A DNA stretch of 64,000 nucleotides from Eubacteriales bacterium (GCA_045605765.1 JAZUQQ010000027.1:129095-193094); one strand, 5' to 3'. Shown: positions 35,358 through 44,302, numbered from the stretch's first letter. Notes: a model not told the origin generated them from the sequence alone. Numbers and translations: made by a program.

Positions 35358-35981
35358 TCAGATAAATACCGCGTTTTCGGGTATTTCGGTTATGCAGCGT
35401 TCTCTGTACTTTTTAATTACCGATTCCCTGCTTTGTGAAAGCTCTTTTTCAAGGTTTTCAGCTATTTTAAGCGCAAGGCACGCAAGGGTATCGTATGGCA
35501 GTTTTTCATCTACAAGTTCATCAAGCGAGATTGCTATTTTTGATATTTCCTCTGAAAGACCGCCTTTTTTTAAATTCATTCCGAATCCGATAACGGTAAA
35601 AGAGTTTTCACCGCAAAAGACCGATTCTGCAAGAATTCCGCAAAGCTTTCTGCCGCATGACATAATATCATTCACCCATTTCACCTCGCAAGACAGAGAA
35701 AAAAGCCAACTCAGCGTATCGGTGACCGCGTTTGCCGCCGCGAGGGTCATCGGAAAATCTGCCACAAATTTTACACACACGCTCATATAAAGTCCCGACT
35801 TAGGAGATTCAAAAGCCCTGTCGTACTGACCGTGTCCCGCGCTTTGGCTGAGCGCAAGCGCGATCGTTCCAAACTCCTTCGGATTCTTTTTTAAATAGGT
35901 ATTAGTCGAATCAATTTTTTCAAAAACAAGAGCACTTCGACCGTTTTTTCTAAAATATTCTTCTATTTCTTTGACAGTCAT
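35358..35981 (-). CDS. Biotin protein ligase-like catalytic domain protein with a degenerate biotin-binding loop
   Basis: 207 aa. IDSTNTYLK and VKWVNDI..GRKLCGILAES fit a BPL core. The GRGRxGRxW loop, however, reads GHGQYDRAF. There is no N-terminal HTH. Confidence 0.6.
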   Translation of the reverse strand: MTVKEIEEYFRKNGRSALVFEKIDSTNTYLKKNPKEFGTIALALSQSAGHGQYDRAFESPKSGLYMSVCVKFVADFPMTLAAANAVTDTLSWLFSLSCEVKWVNDIMSCGRKLCGILAESVFCGENSFTVIGFGMNLKKGGLSEEISKIAISLDELVDEKLPYDTLACLALKIAENLEKELSQSRESVIKKYRERCITEIPENAVFI

Positions 35982-35992
35982 ATCGGGAAATT

Positions 35993-36907
35993 TTACTCCG
36001 TGTCTATTTTTTCATATATCCCGTTTATTTCAAATCTTGGGAAATTTATATATAGAAAAAGGGATATTCTCGTCATATCGGCATTTTTTACCGAAAAGGT
36101 AAACTGAAACGCCTGATTCCCTTCGTAAAGCGATGGGCTAAGCGAGGTCATATCCTCAAGCGTCGCTCCATACGCGGAAAGCGCACTTAATAAAGACGCG
36201 ATCTCATTTGGATCGTTTGGAACGACCGTCAGGATCACAGTATGAGCGTTTTGCCTCTTACATAAAGTTGACGAAAAAACAAAATATCTAACGAAATTAT
36301 CCCCATCCAAAGGCATATCAACACTCATTACCGGAGATAGTCCGTATCTCAGCGTTTGACGGTATATGTTCTGCATAAATCCGTCGGCAGAGCTATATAT
36401 CGGCAGAAGACATAGCTCACACCTGCCGTCCGCGACCTCCTCGCAGACAGCCGCTATACTGTCACAGATCACCTGCGACGCTCCCTTTAAGACACCTGCA
36501 AATTTTTCATACGCCTTATCGGCAGAGCGGTTTGAAAAACAGGCTATCCTTATCCCTTCATCAAAAACTTCATCAAAACTGTCGATCTCGCCTTCGCTAA
36601 TGCCACGAGAGGATAGCTCGTCGGCGGTAAGCGCGCAAAAACGAATCTTAAAATCAATGTCCTTGAAGCTTTTTCGGGGCATCTGGGTAATATCAATTTT
36701 TTCCTGAGATAAAAATGAGGAAAATACACCCCTAAGTTTGTCCGCGATCTGTTCAAAACCGTCAAACGGCTCCTCACGCACCGTATCAAGAAGCATATAA
36801 GCTAGCTCCTTTATCTGTGCGTCGTAGATAAGCGATTTGCGCGAAAGTGCTCCGTGCGCTTCGGAGAGATTTTTGGAAATTATCTCTCCTTTTTTTATAC
36901 TATCCAT
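35993..36907 (-). CDS. Prephenate-dehydratase/ACT-like protein with altered catalytic motifs
   Basis: 304 aa. RIACFSNRSADKAYEKF..CEEVADGRCELCLLPIYSS is PDT-like. TRF is replaced by VRY, and the ACT-region ESRP by TSLSP. About 110 aa at the N-terminus are unassigned. Confidence 0.4.
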   Translation of the reverse strand: MDSIKKGEIISKNLSEAHGALSRKSLIYDAQIKELAYMLLDTVREEPFDGFEQIADKLRGVFSSFLSQEKIDITQMPRKSFKDIDFKIRFCALTADELSSRGISEGEIDSFDEVFDEGIRIACFSNRSADKAYEKFAGVLKGASQVICDSIAAVCEEVADGRCELCLLPIYSSADGFMQNIYRQTLRYGLSPVMSVDMPLDGDNFVRYFVFSSTLCKRQNAHTVILTVVPNDPNEIASLLSALSAYGATLEDMTSLSPSLYEGNQAFQFTFSVKNADMTRISLFLYINFPRFEINGIYEKIDTE

Positions 36908-36916
36908 AAACTTTGC

Positions 36917-38755
36917 TCACTTTTTAAGGGCGTTTTCAAGCGTAACATAGCTCTGCGCAAGGAAGGCTTTAAGTTCATCGGCAGTCAGCGGTCTCTGTGC
37001 CAAAAGCGCAAGCGACCAGACCTGCTTTACACCCTCGTTCTTTTTGTCCGTGTCATCGAGTGCCGAAAGAGTCTGCACGAGCGAATTTTTGCTGTTAAGA
37101 ATAAGAGTTGCATCAGATAGTGCATCCGACATACCGTCTGCGTTTGGCATATAGTAGCGCATCATATCGCTCATTCTTCTCTGCTCCTCGGGGATGTTGA
37201 GTATCGCGGGAACACTCTCGTCTTTAAGCGCACTAAATTCTACTTTCAGATTTTCGGCTCCGCTGATACTTCTGAACATCTCGGCAAGGGAGTCGTCCTC
37301 GAAGCATTCGCCCTCACCTTTAAGCGCATCGGCAACATCCGAGTCAATACGCAGGAATTTTACGCCGTTTTCCCCTTCGAGCATACTTATAAACTGAAAA
37401 TCAAGCGGTCCTTCGACGAGTGCGACCTTGATGCCTTGCGACTCGAACATCGAAATATACTGCGCCTGCGATATCTTGTCGGTGGAATAGTATATCTTGC
37501 CGTCCTGATTTTCTTTTGCTTTCTCAAGAAATTCTTTTGCCGAGACGAGCTCGCCGTCAGTCAAACGGAGCAAAAGAGAATCCTTGACTCTGTCGTAGAA
37601 TTTCTTATCCCTCAGACATCCGTATTCCACAAACACACGGATATCATTCCAATACTCGTCGAACTTTTCTCTTTCGGTATTGTAGAGCGAGTTTATCTTA
37701 TCGGCAACCTTCTTTACAATGTGAGTTGATATCTTCGCTACGTATCCGCTATTTTGCAGATATGAGCGCGATACGTTCAAGGGAAGGTCAGGGCAATCTA
37801 TGGCTCCTTTGAGCATAAGAAGAAAATCGGGGATCACTTCCTTGATATTATCGGCAACGAACACCTGATTATAATATAGCTTGACCTGTCCTTCGAGATT
37901 ATCGTATTCGCTTCTTATCGGCGGGAAATATAGAATTCCTTTGAAATTAAGCGGATATTCTGCATTTATGTGTATCTGGAAAAGAGGCTTTCGGTAATCG
38001 GAGAAAAGCTTTGTGTAGAAATCGGCGTACTCCTCGTCGGTGCAGGCGCTTGGGGCCTTCTGCCATAGCGGAGAAATATCGTTTATCGGTTTTTCCTCCT
38101 TGCTTTCGCTCTTGTCATTGCTGTCCTCGTAGTAAATTTCAACAGGCATAAAGGCACAGTATTTATTCAGAACGCCTCTGAGCGCGTTCCCCCTGAGATA
38201 TTCGTCACCCTCGCCTGAAAGGTGCAGGATAACGTCGGTTCCGTGCTCTCTTTGATAGGATGCTCTGTCAAGAGTATAAGCGCCGTCCTCAGTACACTCC
38301 CAATGTACACTTGGTGAGCCGTAGATAGACGAAGATAATATCTCTACGGTATCGGCTACCATAAACGCAGAGTAAAATCCCAGTCCGAAATGACCGATTA
38401 TGCCGTTTGACGCGTCTCCCTGCTCGTATTTTTCGATAAATTCGAGCGCCCCGGAAAGAGCGATGTTGCAGATATATTTCTGAACCTCTTCGGCGTTCAT
38501 TCCGATTCCGTTGTCCGAGACTGTGAGCGTTTTTTCTTCTCTGTCCAGCTTTACCGTGATACGGTAACTCTCATCGGCGCTGTCGTACTGACCGAGAGAG
38601 GCGAGTCTTTTCAGCTTTGTGACCGCATCCGACGCGTTTGACACCAGCTCACGCACGAATATTTCCTTTTCGGAGTAGAGCCACTTCTTTATAACGGGGA
38701 AAATATGTGAGGTCTGGACAGATATCCCGCCCTTAACGCTTTTTATTTCTTCCAT
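36917..38755 (-). CDS. htpG: Molecular chaperone HtpG (Hsp90)
   Basis: 612 aa. ELVSNASDA..SDNGIGM..IGHFGLGFYSAFMVAD is the GHKL ATPase signature. Confidence 0.93.
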   Translation of the reverse strand: MEEIKSVKGGISVQTSHIFPVIKKWLYSEKEIFVRELVSNASDAVTKLKRLASLGQYDSADESYRITVKLDREEKTLTVSDNGIGMNAEEVQKYICNIALSGALEFIEKYEQGDASNGIIGHFGLGFYSAFMVADTVEILSSSIYGSPSVHWECTEDGAYTLDRASYQREHGTDVILHLSGEGDEYLRGNALRGVLNKYCAFMPVEIYYEDSNDKSESKEEKPINDISPLWQKAPSACTDEEYADFYTKLFSDYRKPLFQIHINAEYPLNFKGILYFPPIRSEYDNLEGQVKLYYNQVFVADNIKEVIPDFLLMLKGAIDCPDLPLNVSRSYLQNSGYVAKISTHIVKKVADKINSLYNTEREKFDEYWNDIRVFVEYGCLRDKKFYDRVKDSLLLRLTDGELVSAKEFLEKAKENQDGKIYYSTDKISQAQYISMFESQGIKVALVEGPLDFQFISMLEGENGVKFLRIDSDVADALKGEGECFEDDSLAEMFRSISGAENLKVEFSALKDESVPAILNIPEEQRRMSDMMRYYMPNADGMSDALSDATLILNSKNSLVQTLSALDDTDKKNEGVKQVWSLALLAQRPLTADELKAFLAQSYVTLENALKK

Positions 38756-38835
38756 TTTAATTCTCCTTATTAGTGTAAAGACATTTTAATATATTATAAC
38801 ACTTTGCAAAATGATTTTATAGGGTAAAATGTAAA

Positions 38836-39714
38836 TTATTTAAGTGAAATCTTTACGTTTGCATCTGTTCCGAGGGCTCCGAAAAGAAGCTCTCGTATTT
38901 TTTCGGTCTTATCCGAATATTTTTCAGGCAAAAGAATTCTCACTGCGGAGTCCTTGGTAAGCTCTTCGCCCACAGTTCTGAAACGCTCAGATGGTATTAA
39001 AAGAGAGCTGTGCTCAAAAAGTGCATACGCCTCGCGGTAGATCTTCTCGGCACTCTCTTTTTGTCCGCTTTCAAGAAGCGCATTCACTCTTTCAATGTAA
39101 AAATCCTCACACAAAGGATCGATAGAGCAGGCTTTTTCGGATATTTCACAAATTCTCATGAAATCGAGATCGCGTCGCAATGCGGCGCAGGCAATAGCGA
39201 ATATACGCCTATAAGTATCGTGATATTTTTCAACAGCAAGTCTTGTTTTTTCGTCTATAAAGTGCTTACTTAGAAAAAATCCCCTGTATATTTCGAGCGC
39301 ACGAAGGGCAATCGGCTTCATTTCTTCGAGACTGCCGCTCAAAAACACCTTTTGGACAAGGCGTTCAAAGATATCGCTATCTATCTGCGCTTCATTTGGA
39401 AGTACGAATCGGTAAGTATTGTTCTCAAAAACAATAACCCCGTGCGGATCAAGACCGATATCCGCAAGTGTTTTTCTCGCCCTGTGAAGCATAGCGTTAA
39501 GTGCGTTGAGCGCCTCAGGGTAACGACCCGAATAGGCGCCGTATCCAAAAGTCGCATCTATAAGTTCCCGCCTGTTTACAGATCGCTCGCGGTTAAGTAT
39601 CAGATATTTTATAAGCCGCCATTTTTTATGTCCGCGGCCGTCTTGTTCACAAGCCGTTTTGCCACAAAACGAGAGAGTAAACGGTCCAAAAAAGGATATT
39701 TTCAGATTTTGCAT
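38836..39714 (-). CDS. SARP/AfsR-DnrI-like transcriptional regulator (wHTH + BTAD)
   Basis: 292 aa. The N-terminal OmpR-type wHTH-like region (ISFFGPFTL..KWRLIKYLILNRERSVNRRELIDA) is followed by TPR-like BTAD helices (ALEIYRGFFL..). Confidence 0.6.
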   Translation of the reverse strand: MQNLKISFFGPFTLSFCGKTACEQDGRGHKKWRLIKYLILNRERSVNRRELIDATFGYGAYSGRYPEALNALNAMLHRARKTLADIGLDPHGVIVFENNTYRFVLPNEAQIDSDIFERLVQKVFLSGSLEEMKPIALRALEIYRGFFLSKHFIDEKTRLAVEKYHDTYRRIFAIACAALRRDLDFMRICEISEKACSIDPLCEDFYIERVNALLESGQKESAEKIYREAYALFEHSSLLIPSERFRTVGEELTKDSAVRILLPEKYSDKTEKIRELLFGALGTDANVKISLK

Positions 39715-39846
39715 AGACCGACGCCAAAACCTTTCAATAATTTTTTATAATCACGGGTAATTATATCATAAATTATTTTAAAAAGCAACAGTTTACGCAT
39801 ATTGTGCAAATGCGTTGTGTTCATATAAATTTAACAATTCAAAGTA

Positions 39847-39875
39847 TTGTAAAATGCCCTGATATGTGGTAGAAT
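39847..39875 (+). promoter_or_regulatory. Promoter of tRNA-Ser
   Basis: TTGTAA, a 17-nt spacer and TAGAAT with an upstream TG. Confidence 0.6.
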
Positions 39876-39900
39876 TTATGTTGCGACCGAAAGAATCCTT

Positions 39901-39989
39901 GGAGAAGTACTCAAGAGGCCGAAGAGGCGCCCCTGCTAAGGGTGTAGGTCGTTTATAGCGGCGCGAGGGTTCAAATCCCTCCTTCTCCG
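39901..39989 (+). tRNA. tRNA-Ser (anticodon GCT), long variable arm
   Basis: Acceptor stem GGAGAAG/CTTCTCC, anticodon loop CTGCTAA, a long variable arm and a GGTTCAAATCC T-loop. CCA is not encoded. Confidence 0.92.
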
Positions 39990-39994
39990 TAAAA

Positions 39995-40031
39995 ACAAAA
40001 GAACGAGCAAATGCTCGTTCTTTTGTTTTTT
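39995..40031 (+). terminator. tRNA-Ser terminator
   Basis: Perfect 14-bp stem ACAAAAGAACGAGC-AAAT-GCTCGTTCTTTTGT followed by TTTTT. Confidence 0.85.
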
Positions 40032-40185
40032 ATAGTAATTTGGCACCATGCAGAACCCCGTCCACCGTCGTTTTTAGCTCTATACACGCGCACGCGCGAG
40101 AGAGAAATCCTCGAAGAGTGACACTTATAGCGAACGTCAAAAGAGGCGGGAATGGTCCCGCCTCAAAGATTTTTACGAAAAGGTA

Positions 40186-40310
40186 TTAACAAAACACACC
40201 TCCAGGAGTATACTAAAATCGAAGAGGAAGCCCGTGACGGTTGCCTCCCCAAAGCACGATAAAAGAAATAACCGCCTTATGTGAGAGTCAGGCGGTTATT
40301 TCTTTTTGTT
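40186..40310 (+). ncRNA. Candidate small RNA with its own promoter and terminator
   Basis: TTAACA (40186-40191), a 17-nt spacer and TATACT (40209-40214). A 5' hairpin at 40224-40247 is followed by a single-stranded CCCCAAAGCACGAUAAAAG stretch. The terminator is GAAATAACCGCCT..AGGCGGTTATTTC plus TTTTTGTT (40266-40310). No plausible ORF. Confidence 0.3.
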
Positions 40311-40414
40311 ATGAGTGTCGATGTAATTAAGCAGTGCAAGAATAAAACTCTCAAAGAGGACCAGGAGAGCCTTTGCTGCGGCGGAATTACTCATCGTCAA
40401 AAGCCTCTTTGGAA

Positions 40415-40451
40415 CAAAAAATCGGCGTACCTGAGGCAAATCGGGTACGCC
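40415..40451 (-). terminator. pnp intrinsic terminator
   Basis: Minus strand reads CGGCGTACC-loop-GGTACGCCG followed by TTTTTT. Confidence 0.8.
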
Positions 40452-40476
40452 GAATCTTATTAAAGTTTAGAGTTAC

Positions 40477-42675
40477 TCAGTCCTCTTTCTTCTTAAAGGG
40501 TCTTCTGAAACCTCTGTTTCCGCGGTCGCCTCTATCGCCACGGTCGCCACCTTCGCGTCTGGGGGGTCTTTCCTCGCCTTCGAGTTTCGGAAGCAAAGCC
40601 TTTGCCGAAAGGTTATAACGTCCCTTTTCGTCAACGCCCATAAACTTAACGGTGAGCTCGTCGCCTTCGTTTACGACGTCCTCTACCTTTTCAACAAAGG
40701 TATTTGAAAGATCCTTGATATGGCACATACCTTCCTTGCCGGGAGCGAACTCAACGAACGCTCCGATAGGAATGATCCTCGTAACCTTGCCGGTATAAAC
40801 TGCACCTACCTCGGGCTCGAAGCAGATGCCCTCGATAATAGCCTGAGCCGCAAGTCCACTGTCGCGGTTAACTGCTGCGATATAAATTGTTCCGTCGTCC
40901 TCAATATCGATCTTTGCGCCGGTGTCAGCAACGATCTTCTGAATGACCTCGCCGCCCTTACCGATGACCTCGCGGATCTTTTCGGGCTTAATGTGCATGA
41001 TGATCATCTTGGGAGCGTACTTATTGACTTCTTCGCGAGGAGCAGGAATAGCTTTGAGAATGATCTCGTCGATGATATAGTCACGACCCTTATGAGTCAT
41101 TTCAAATGCCGCCTTGATAATTTCGGGAGTAAGACCGTCGATTTTAAGGTCCATCTGGATAGAGGTAATACCCTTGTGTGTACCTGCCACCTTGAAGTCC
41201 ATATCGCCGTAGAAGTCTTCAAGACCCTGAATATCGATCATAGTATCCCAAGAGCCGTCCTCTGCGGTGATAAGTCCGCAGGATATACCTGCAACCGGCG
41301 CCTTGATCGGAACACCTGCCGCCATAAGAGCGAGGGTGGATCCGCAGACAGAAGCCTGAGAGGTCGAACCGTTCGAGGAGATAACCTCAGAAACGAGTCT
41401 CATAGCGTAAGGGAATTCCTCGACCGAGGGAAGTACAGGAATGAGCGAACGCTCTGCGAGCGCACCGTGTCCGATCTCGCGGCGTCCGGGGCTACGGCTT
41501 GCCTTTGCTTCACCTGTGGAGAAGCCGGGCATATTGTAGTGGTGCATATAACGCTTGGATTCTTCCTCATCGATAGTGTCGAGCATCTGCGCGTCGCCTA
41601 CCGTACCGAGCGTTGCGATGGTGAGAACCTGAGTCTGACCTCTGGTAAACATACCCGAACCGTGAACTCTGGGAAGAAGGTCAACCTCTGCGGCAAGAGG
41701 ACGGATCTCGTCCATTCTTCTGCCGTCAACACGCTTCTTGTCCTCAAGAAGCCATCTGCGAACGATCTTCTTCTGGATCTTGTATACAAGCTCGCCGATA
41801 ATGTCGGGAAGCTCGGGATATTCCTCCGAGAACTTTTCGAGAATAGCGTCGGTAATGGGCTGCATTCTTGCATCACGAACGGTCTTGTCGTCGGTATCGA
41901 GAGCTACCATAACGTCCTTTTCGCAGAAAGCGAAGATCTTGTCAAACATATCGTGATCAAGCTCGCAGGAGGGATAGTCAAACTTGGGCTTTCCTACCTC
42001 TGCAACGATAGAGTCGATGAAGGAGCAGAGCACCTTGATCTCCTCGTGAGCCTTCATAATGGCCTGGAACATAGTGTCGTCGTCAACCTCGTTCGCGCCT
42101 GCCTCGATCATAACCACCTTCTTAGCCGAGCCTGCAACGGTGAGCTCGAGATCGCTCTTTGCTCTCTGCTCGGAGGTCGGGTTTACCACGATCTCGCCGT
42201 CAACGAGACCCATAAATACGCCTGCGATAGGTCCGTTCCACGGAATATCCGAAATGGAGAGGGCGATCGATGCGCCGATCATAGCTGTAATTTCGGGCGA
42301 GCAGTCGTTGTCAACGCTGAGAACCATAAGGCTTATTGCAACGTCATTACGAAGGTCCTTCGGGAAGAGAGGTCGAACAGGACGGTCGATAACGCGAGAG
42401 GTGAGTATCGCCTTTTCGGAAGGTCTTCCCTCACGTCTGAGGTATCCGCCGGGAATTCTTCCTACTGCGTAAAGACGCTCCTCAAAGTCAACCGAGAGAG
42501 GAAGGAAGTCGATTCCGTCACGGGGCTTTGCCGAAGCGGTTGCGGTTGCGAGAATCGAGGTCTCGCCGTATCTGATAAGAGCCGATCCGTTTGCAAGACC
42601 TGCCATCTTTCCGGTTTCAACGGTAAGAGGTCTGCCTGCAAGAGTAGTTTCAAAAATCTTGTAGTTGTCGAACAT
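40477..42675 (-). CDS. pnp: Polyribonucleotide nucleotidyltransferase (PNPase) with an Arg/Gly-rich C-terminal tail
   Basis: 732 aa: two RNase PH domains, KH and S1 domains, and a tail EERPPRREGGDRGDRGDRGNRGFRRPFKKKED. Confidence 0.95.
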   Translation of the reverse strand: MFDNYKIFETTLAGRPLTVETGKMAGLANGSALIRYGETSILATATASAKPRDGIDFLPLSVDFEERLYAVGRIPGGYLRREGRPSEKAILTSRVIDRPVRPLFPKDLRNDVAISLMVLSVDNDCSPEITAMIGASIALSISDIPWNGPIAGVFMGLVDGEIVVNPTSEQRAKSDLELTVAGSAKKVVMIEAGANEVDDDTMFQAIMKAHEEIKVLCSFIDSIVAEVGKPKFDYPSCELDHDMFDKIFAFCEKDVMVALDTDDKTVRDARMQPITDAILEKFSEEYPELPDIIGELVYKIQKKIVRRWLLEDKKRVDGRRMDEIRPLAAEVDLLPRVHGSGMFTRGQTQVLTIATLGTVGDAQMLDTIDEEESKRYMHHYNMPGFSTGEAKASRSPGRREIGHGALAERSLIPVLPSVEEFPYAMRLVSEVISSNGSTSQASVCGSTLALMAAGVPIKAPVAGISCGLITAEDGSWDTMIDIQGLEDFYGDMDFKVAGTHKGITSIQMDLKIDGLTPEIIKAAFEMTHKGRDYIIDEIILKAIPAPREEVNKYAPKMIIMHIKPEKIREVIGKGGEVIQKIVADTGAKIDIEDDGTIYIAAVNRDSGLAAQAIIEGICFEPEVGAVYTGKVTRIIPIGAFVEFAPGKEGMCHIKDLSNTFVEKVEDVVNEGDELTVKFMGVDEKGRYNLSAKALLPKLEGEERPPRREGGDRGDRGDRGNRGFRRPFKKKED

Positions 42676-42713
42676 TTTTGTGAACCTTTCTTTTATTTTA
42701 TTTGCAGCCTTAA

Positions 42714-42790
42714 CCGGAGAAATAATGAATAGCGGACACGCCCGATATTTTTATCGGAAGCATACGTTATTCATTATTGAATTTTTCCGG
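42714..42790 (-). promoter_or_regulatory. Long hairpin in the rpsO-pnp intergenic leader
   Basis: AATAATGAATA pairs with TATTCATTATT, extended by CCGGAGAAAT/ATTTTTCCGG. In other bacteria the pnp leader carries an RNase III-cleaved autoregulatory hairpin. Confidence 0.45.
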
Positions 42791-42821
42791 TCAAGACCTT
42801 TTAACTGTTTTTCGTGTGTTT

Positions 42822-42854
42822 ATCTCAAAAATGGGAGGCGGTGCCTCCCATTTT
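42822..42854 (-). terminator. rpsO terminator/attenuator
   Basis: Minus strand reads AAAATGGGAGGC-ACC-GCCTCCCATTTT followed by TGAG. Confidence 0.75.
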
Positions 42855-42884
42855 CTTGAAAACGAAGTTTTCGAAGGCGCGAAC

Positions 42885-43151
42885 TTACTTTCTGAGTCCG
42901 AGCTTCTTAACTATTGCGCGGTAACGCTCAATATCGGTATTCTGGAGATATTTGAGAAGGTTACGTCTCTTACCTACCATTTTGAGAAGTCCGCGACGGC
43001 TGTGGAAGTCCTTCTGGTTGTTAGCAAGATGCGCGTTGAGGTCGTTAATTCTCTGAGTGAGAATAGCGATCTGAACCTCAGGCGAGCCTGTGTCGCCCTC
43101 GTGCATAGCGTTAGCGAGAATGATTTCCTGCTTTTTTTCCTTTGCGAGCAT
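42885..43151 (-). CDS. rpsO: 30S ribosomal protein S15
   Basis: 88 aa from [45 protein letters not shown]. Start trimmed to the ATG at 43151 behind AAAGGTG. Confidence 0.95.
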   Translation of the reverse strand: MLAKEKKQEIILANAMHEGDTGSPEVQIAILTQRINDLNAHLANNQKDFHSRRGLLKMVGKRRNLLKYLQNTDIERYRAIVKKLGLRK

Positions 43152-43458
43152 AGTTTTTTCACCTTTCTGTAGATTTATTCTCCGATAAAACCGAGTTTGC
43201 GGTCTGGTGAAACCGTCCGAAGAGCGAACGTTTACCCGCAAACCAAGCCATACGGAATTATGTTTTGCCCCGAACGGCGCGCGTCCGCAGGCGAAAAGCA
43301 TTATATCATATATAAGCGATTTTTGCACGAACATTGGAAGATGTTTACAAAATGTTTACACTTCAAGGGCGGTTTTGTCCGACAAAACAACCTCGCCACT
43401 CTCGACGAGGTTGTTTTGTATTGCTGAGAAAGCGCAAACTGTGATCTGCAGTTCGGGA

Positions 43459-44280
43459 TCACTCAGATGCGTTTGTGTCGGTTTCGGGCAAGTACTTATC
43501 TTTGACAAGCGATTTTACAAGCAATATTGTGCTGACGGTCACGCTTATTATACTTATCCACTGCGACGTTGAAAAGATTCCTATAAATCCCCGAATTTTA
43601 TCTCCGCGAAGAAATTCGTCAAAAAAACGGATCACTCCGTATGCTATAAGATAGATGTACAGAAGTTTACCGCGAATACGCGGACACGTTTCGCATTTTT
43701 TAAGTAAGCAAAACATAACTAAAACCAAAAAGAAATTACATCCTGCTTCGAGAAGTTGGACCGGAAAGCGTGTGACTCCGTTCACATCGGGCACGAGTGT
43801 ATTGCCGTGCGCACAAAATCCGAACTTTGATTCTATCCCATAGCAGCATCCCGCAAAAAAGCATCCTATACGGGCAATGCCATGAAACAAGGGGATTATC
43901 GGTGACATAAGATCGGCATATAATGCAGTATCCTGCCGTAAAATTTTCGTCGCAATACCGCCTGCGGCGATGCCTCCGAAAAGACCGCCGTAGAAAACCG
44001 CCCCGCCGAATATATGCTGGACTCGTGCAAGCCAAAGCGAAAATTCCGCCTTTTTAAAAAGATAAGGAAAAAGACGAATGTTTGTCAGCGCGTAAAGCAG
44101 ATGGCCACCGATGAAAACTCCTGCTATGACGGCAAGGAGAAAAAGAACTCCGTCTTCTGCGAACAGACCCCTTTTTTTGAGGAGTAAAGACAAAATCACT
44201 CCGCAGATAATACATCCAATCAGCGCAAATAATCCATAAGATGCGATCTTATATCCGAAAATATCAAATTGAGGTAACAA
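43459..44280 (-). CDS. lgt: Prolipoprotein diacylglyceryl transferase
   Basis: 273 aa polytopic protein. GGLFGG, HGIARIGCFFAGCCYG, RFPVQLLEA and GVIRFFDEFLRGD are present. TTG start behind GGAG. Confidence 0.88.
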   Translation of the reverse strand: MLPQFDIFGYKIASYGLFALIGCIICGVILSLLLKKRGLFAEDGVLFLLAVIAGVFIGGHLLYALTNIRLFPYLFKKAEFSLWLARVQHIFGGAVFYGGLFGGIAAGGIATKILRQDTALYADLMSPIIPLFHGIARIGCFFAGCCYGIESKFGFCAHGNTLVPDVNGVTRFPVQLLEAGCNFFLVLVMFCLLKKCETCPRIRGKLLYIYLIAYGVIRFFDEFLRGDKIRGFIGIFSTSQWISIISVTVSTILLVKSLVKDKYLPETDTNASE

Positions 44281-44302
44281 CTAAAAGCTCCGGTGTAATT
44301 GG

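Noticed and set aside
40281-40463. 60-aa ORF (MRVRRLFLFVMSVD..)
   Set aside because: It starts inside the terminator stem at 40290-40302, runs into the pnp terminator and has no RBS.
39901-40470. Integrated element or attachment-site remnant next to tRNA-Ser
   Set aside because: There is no integrase, no direct repeat of the tRNA 3' end and no foreign-looking genes. The gap is better explained by terminators and a possible sRNA.
40720-42732. 670-aa ORF antisense to pnp
   Set aside because: The same codon-aligned shadow-frame explanation applies. It overlaps a clearly genuine PNPase gene over its entire length.
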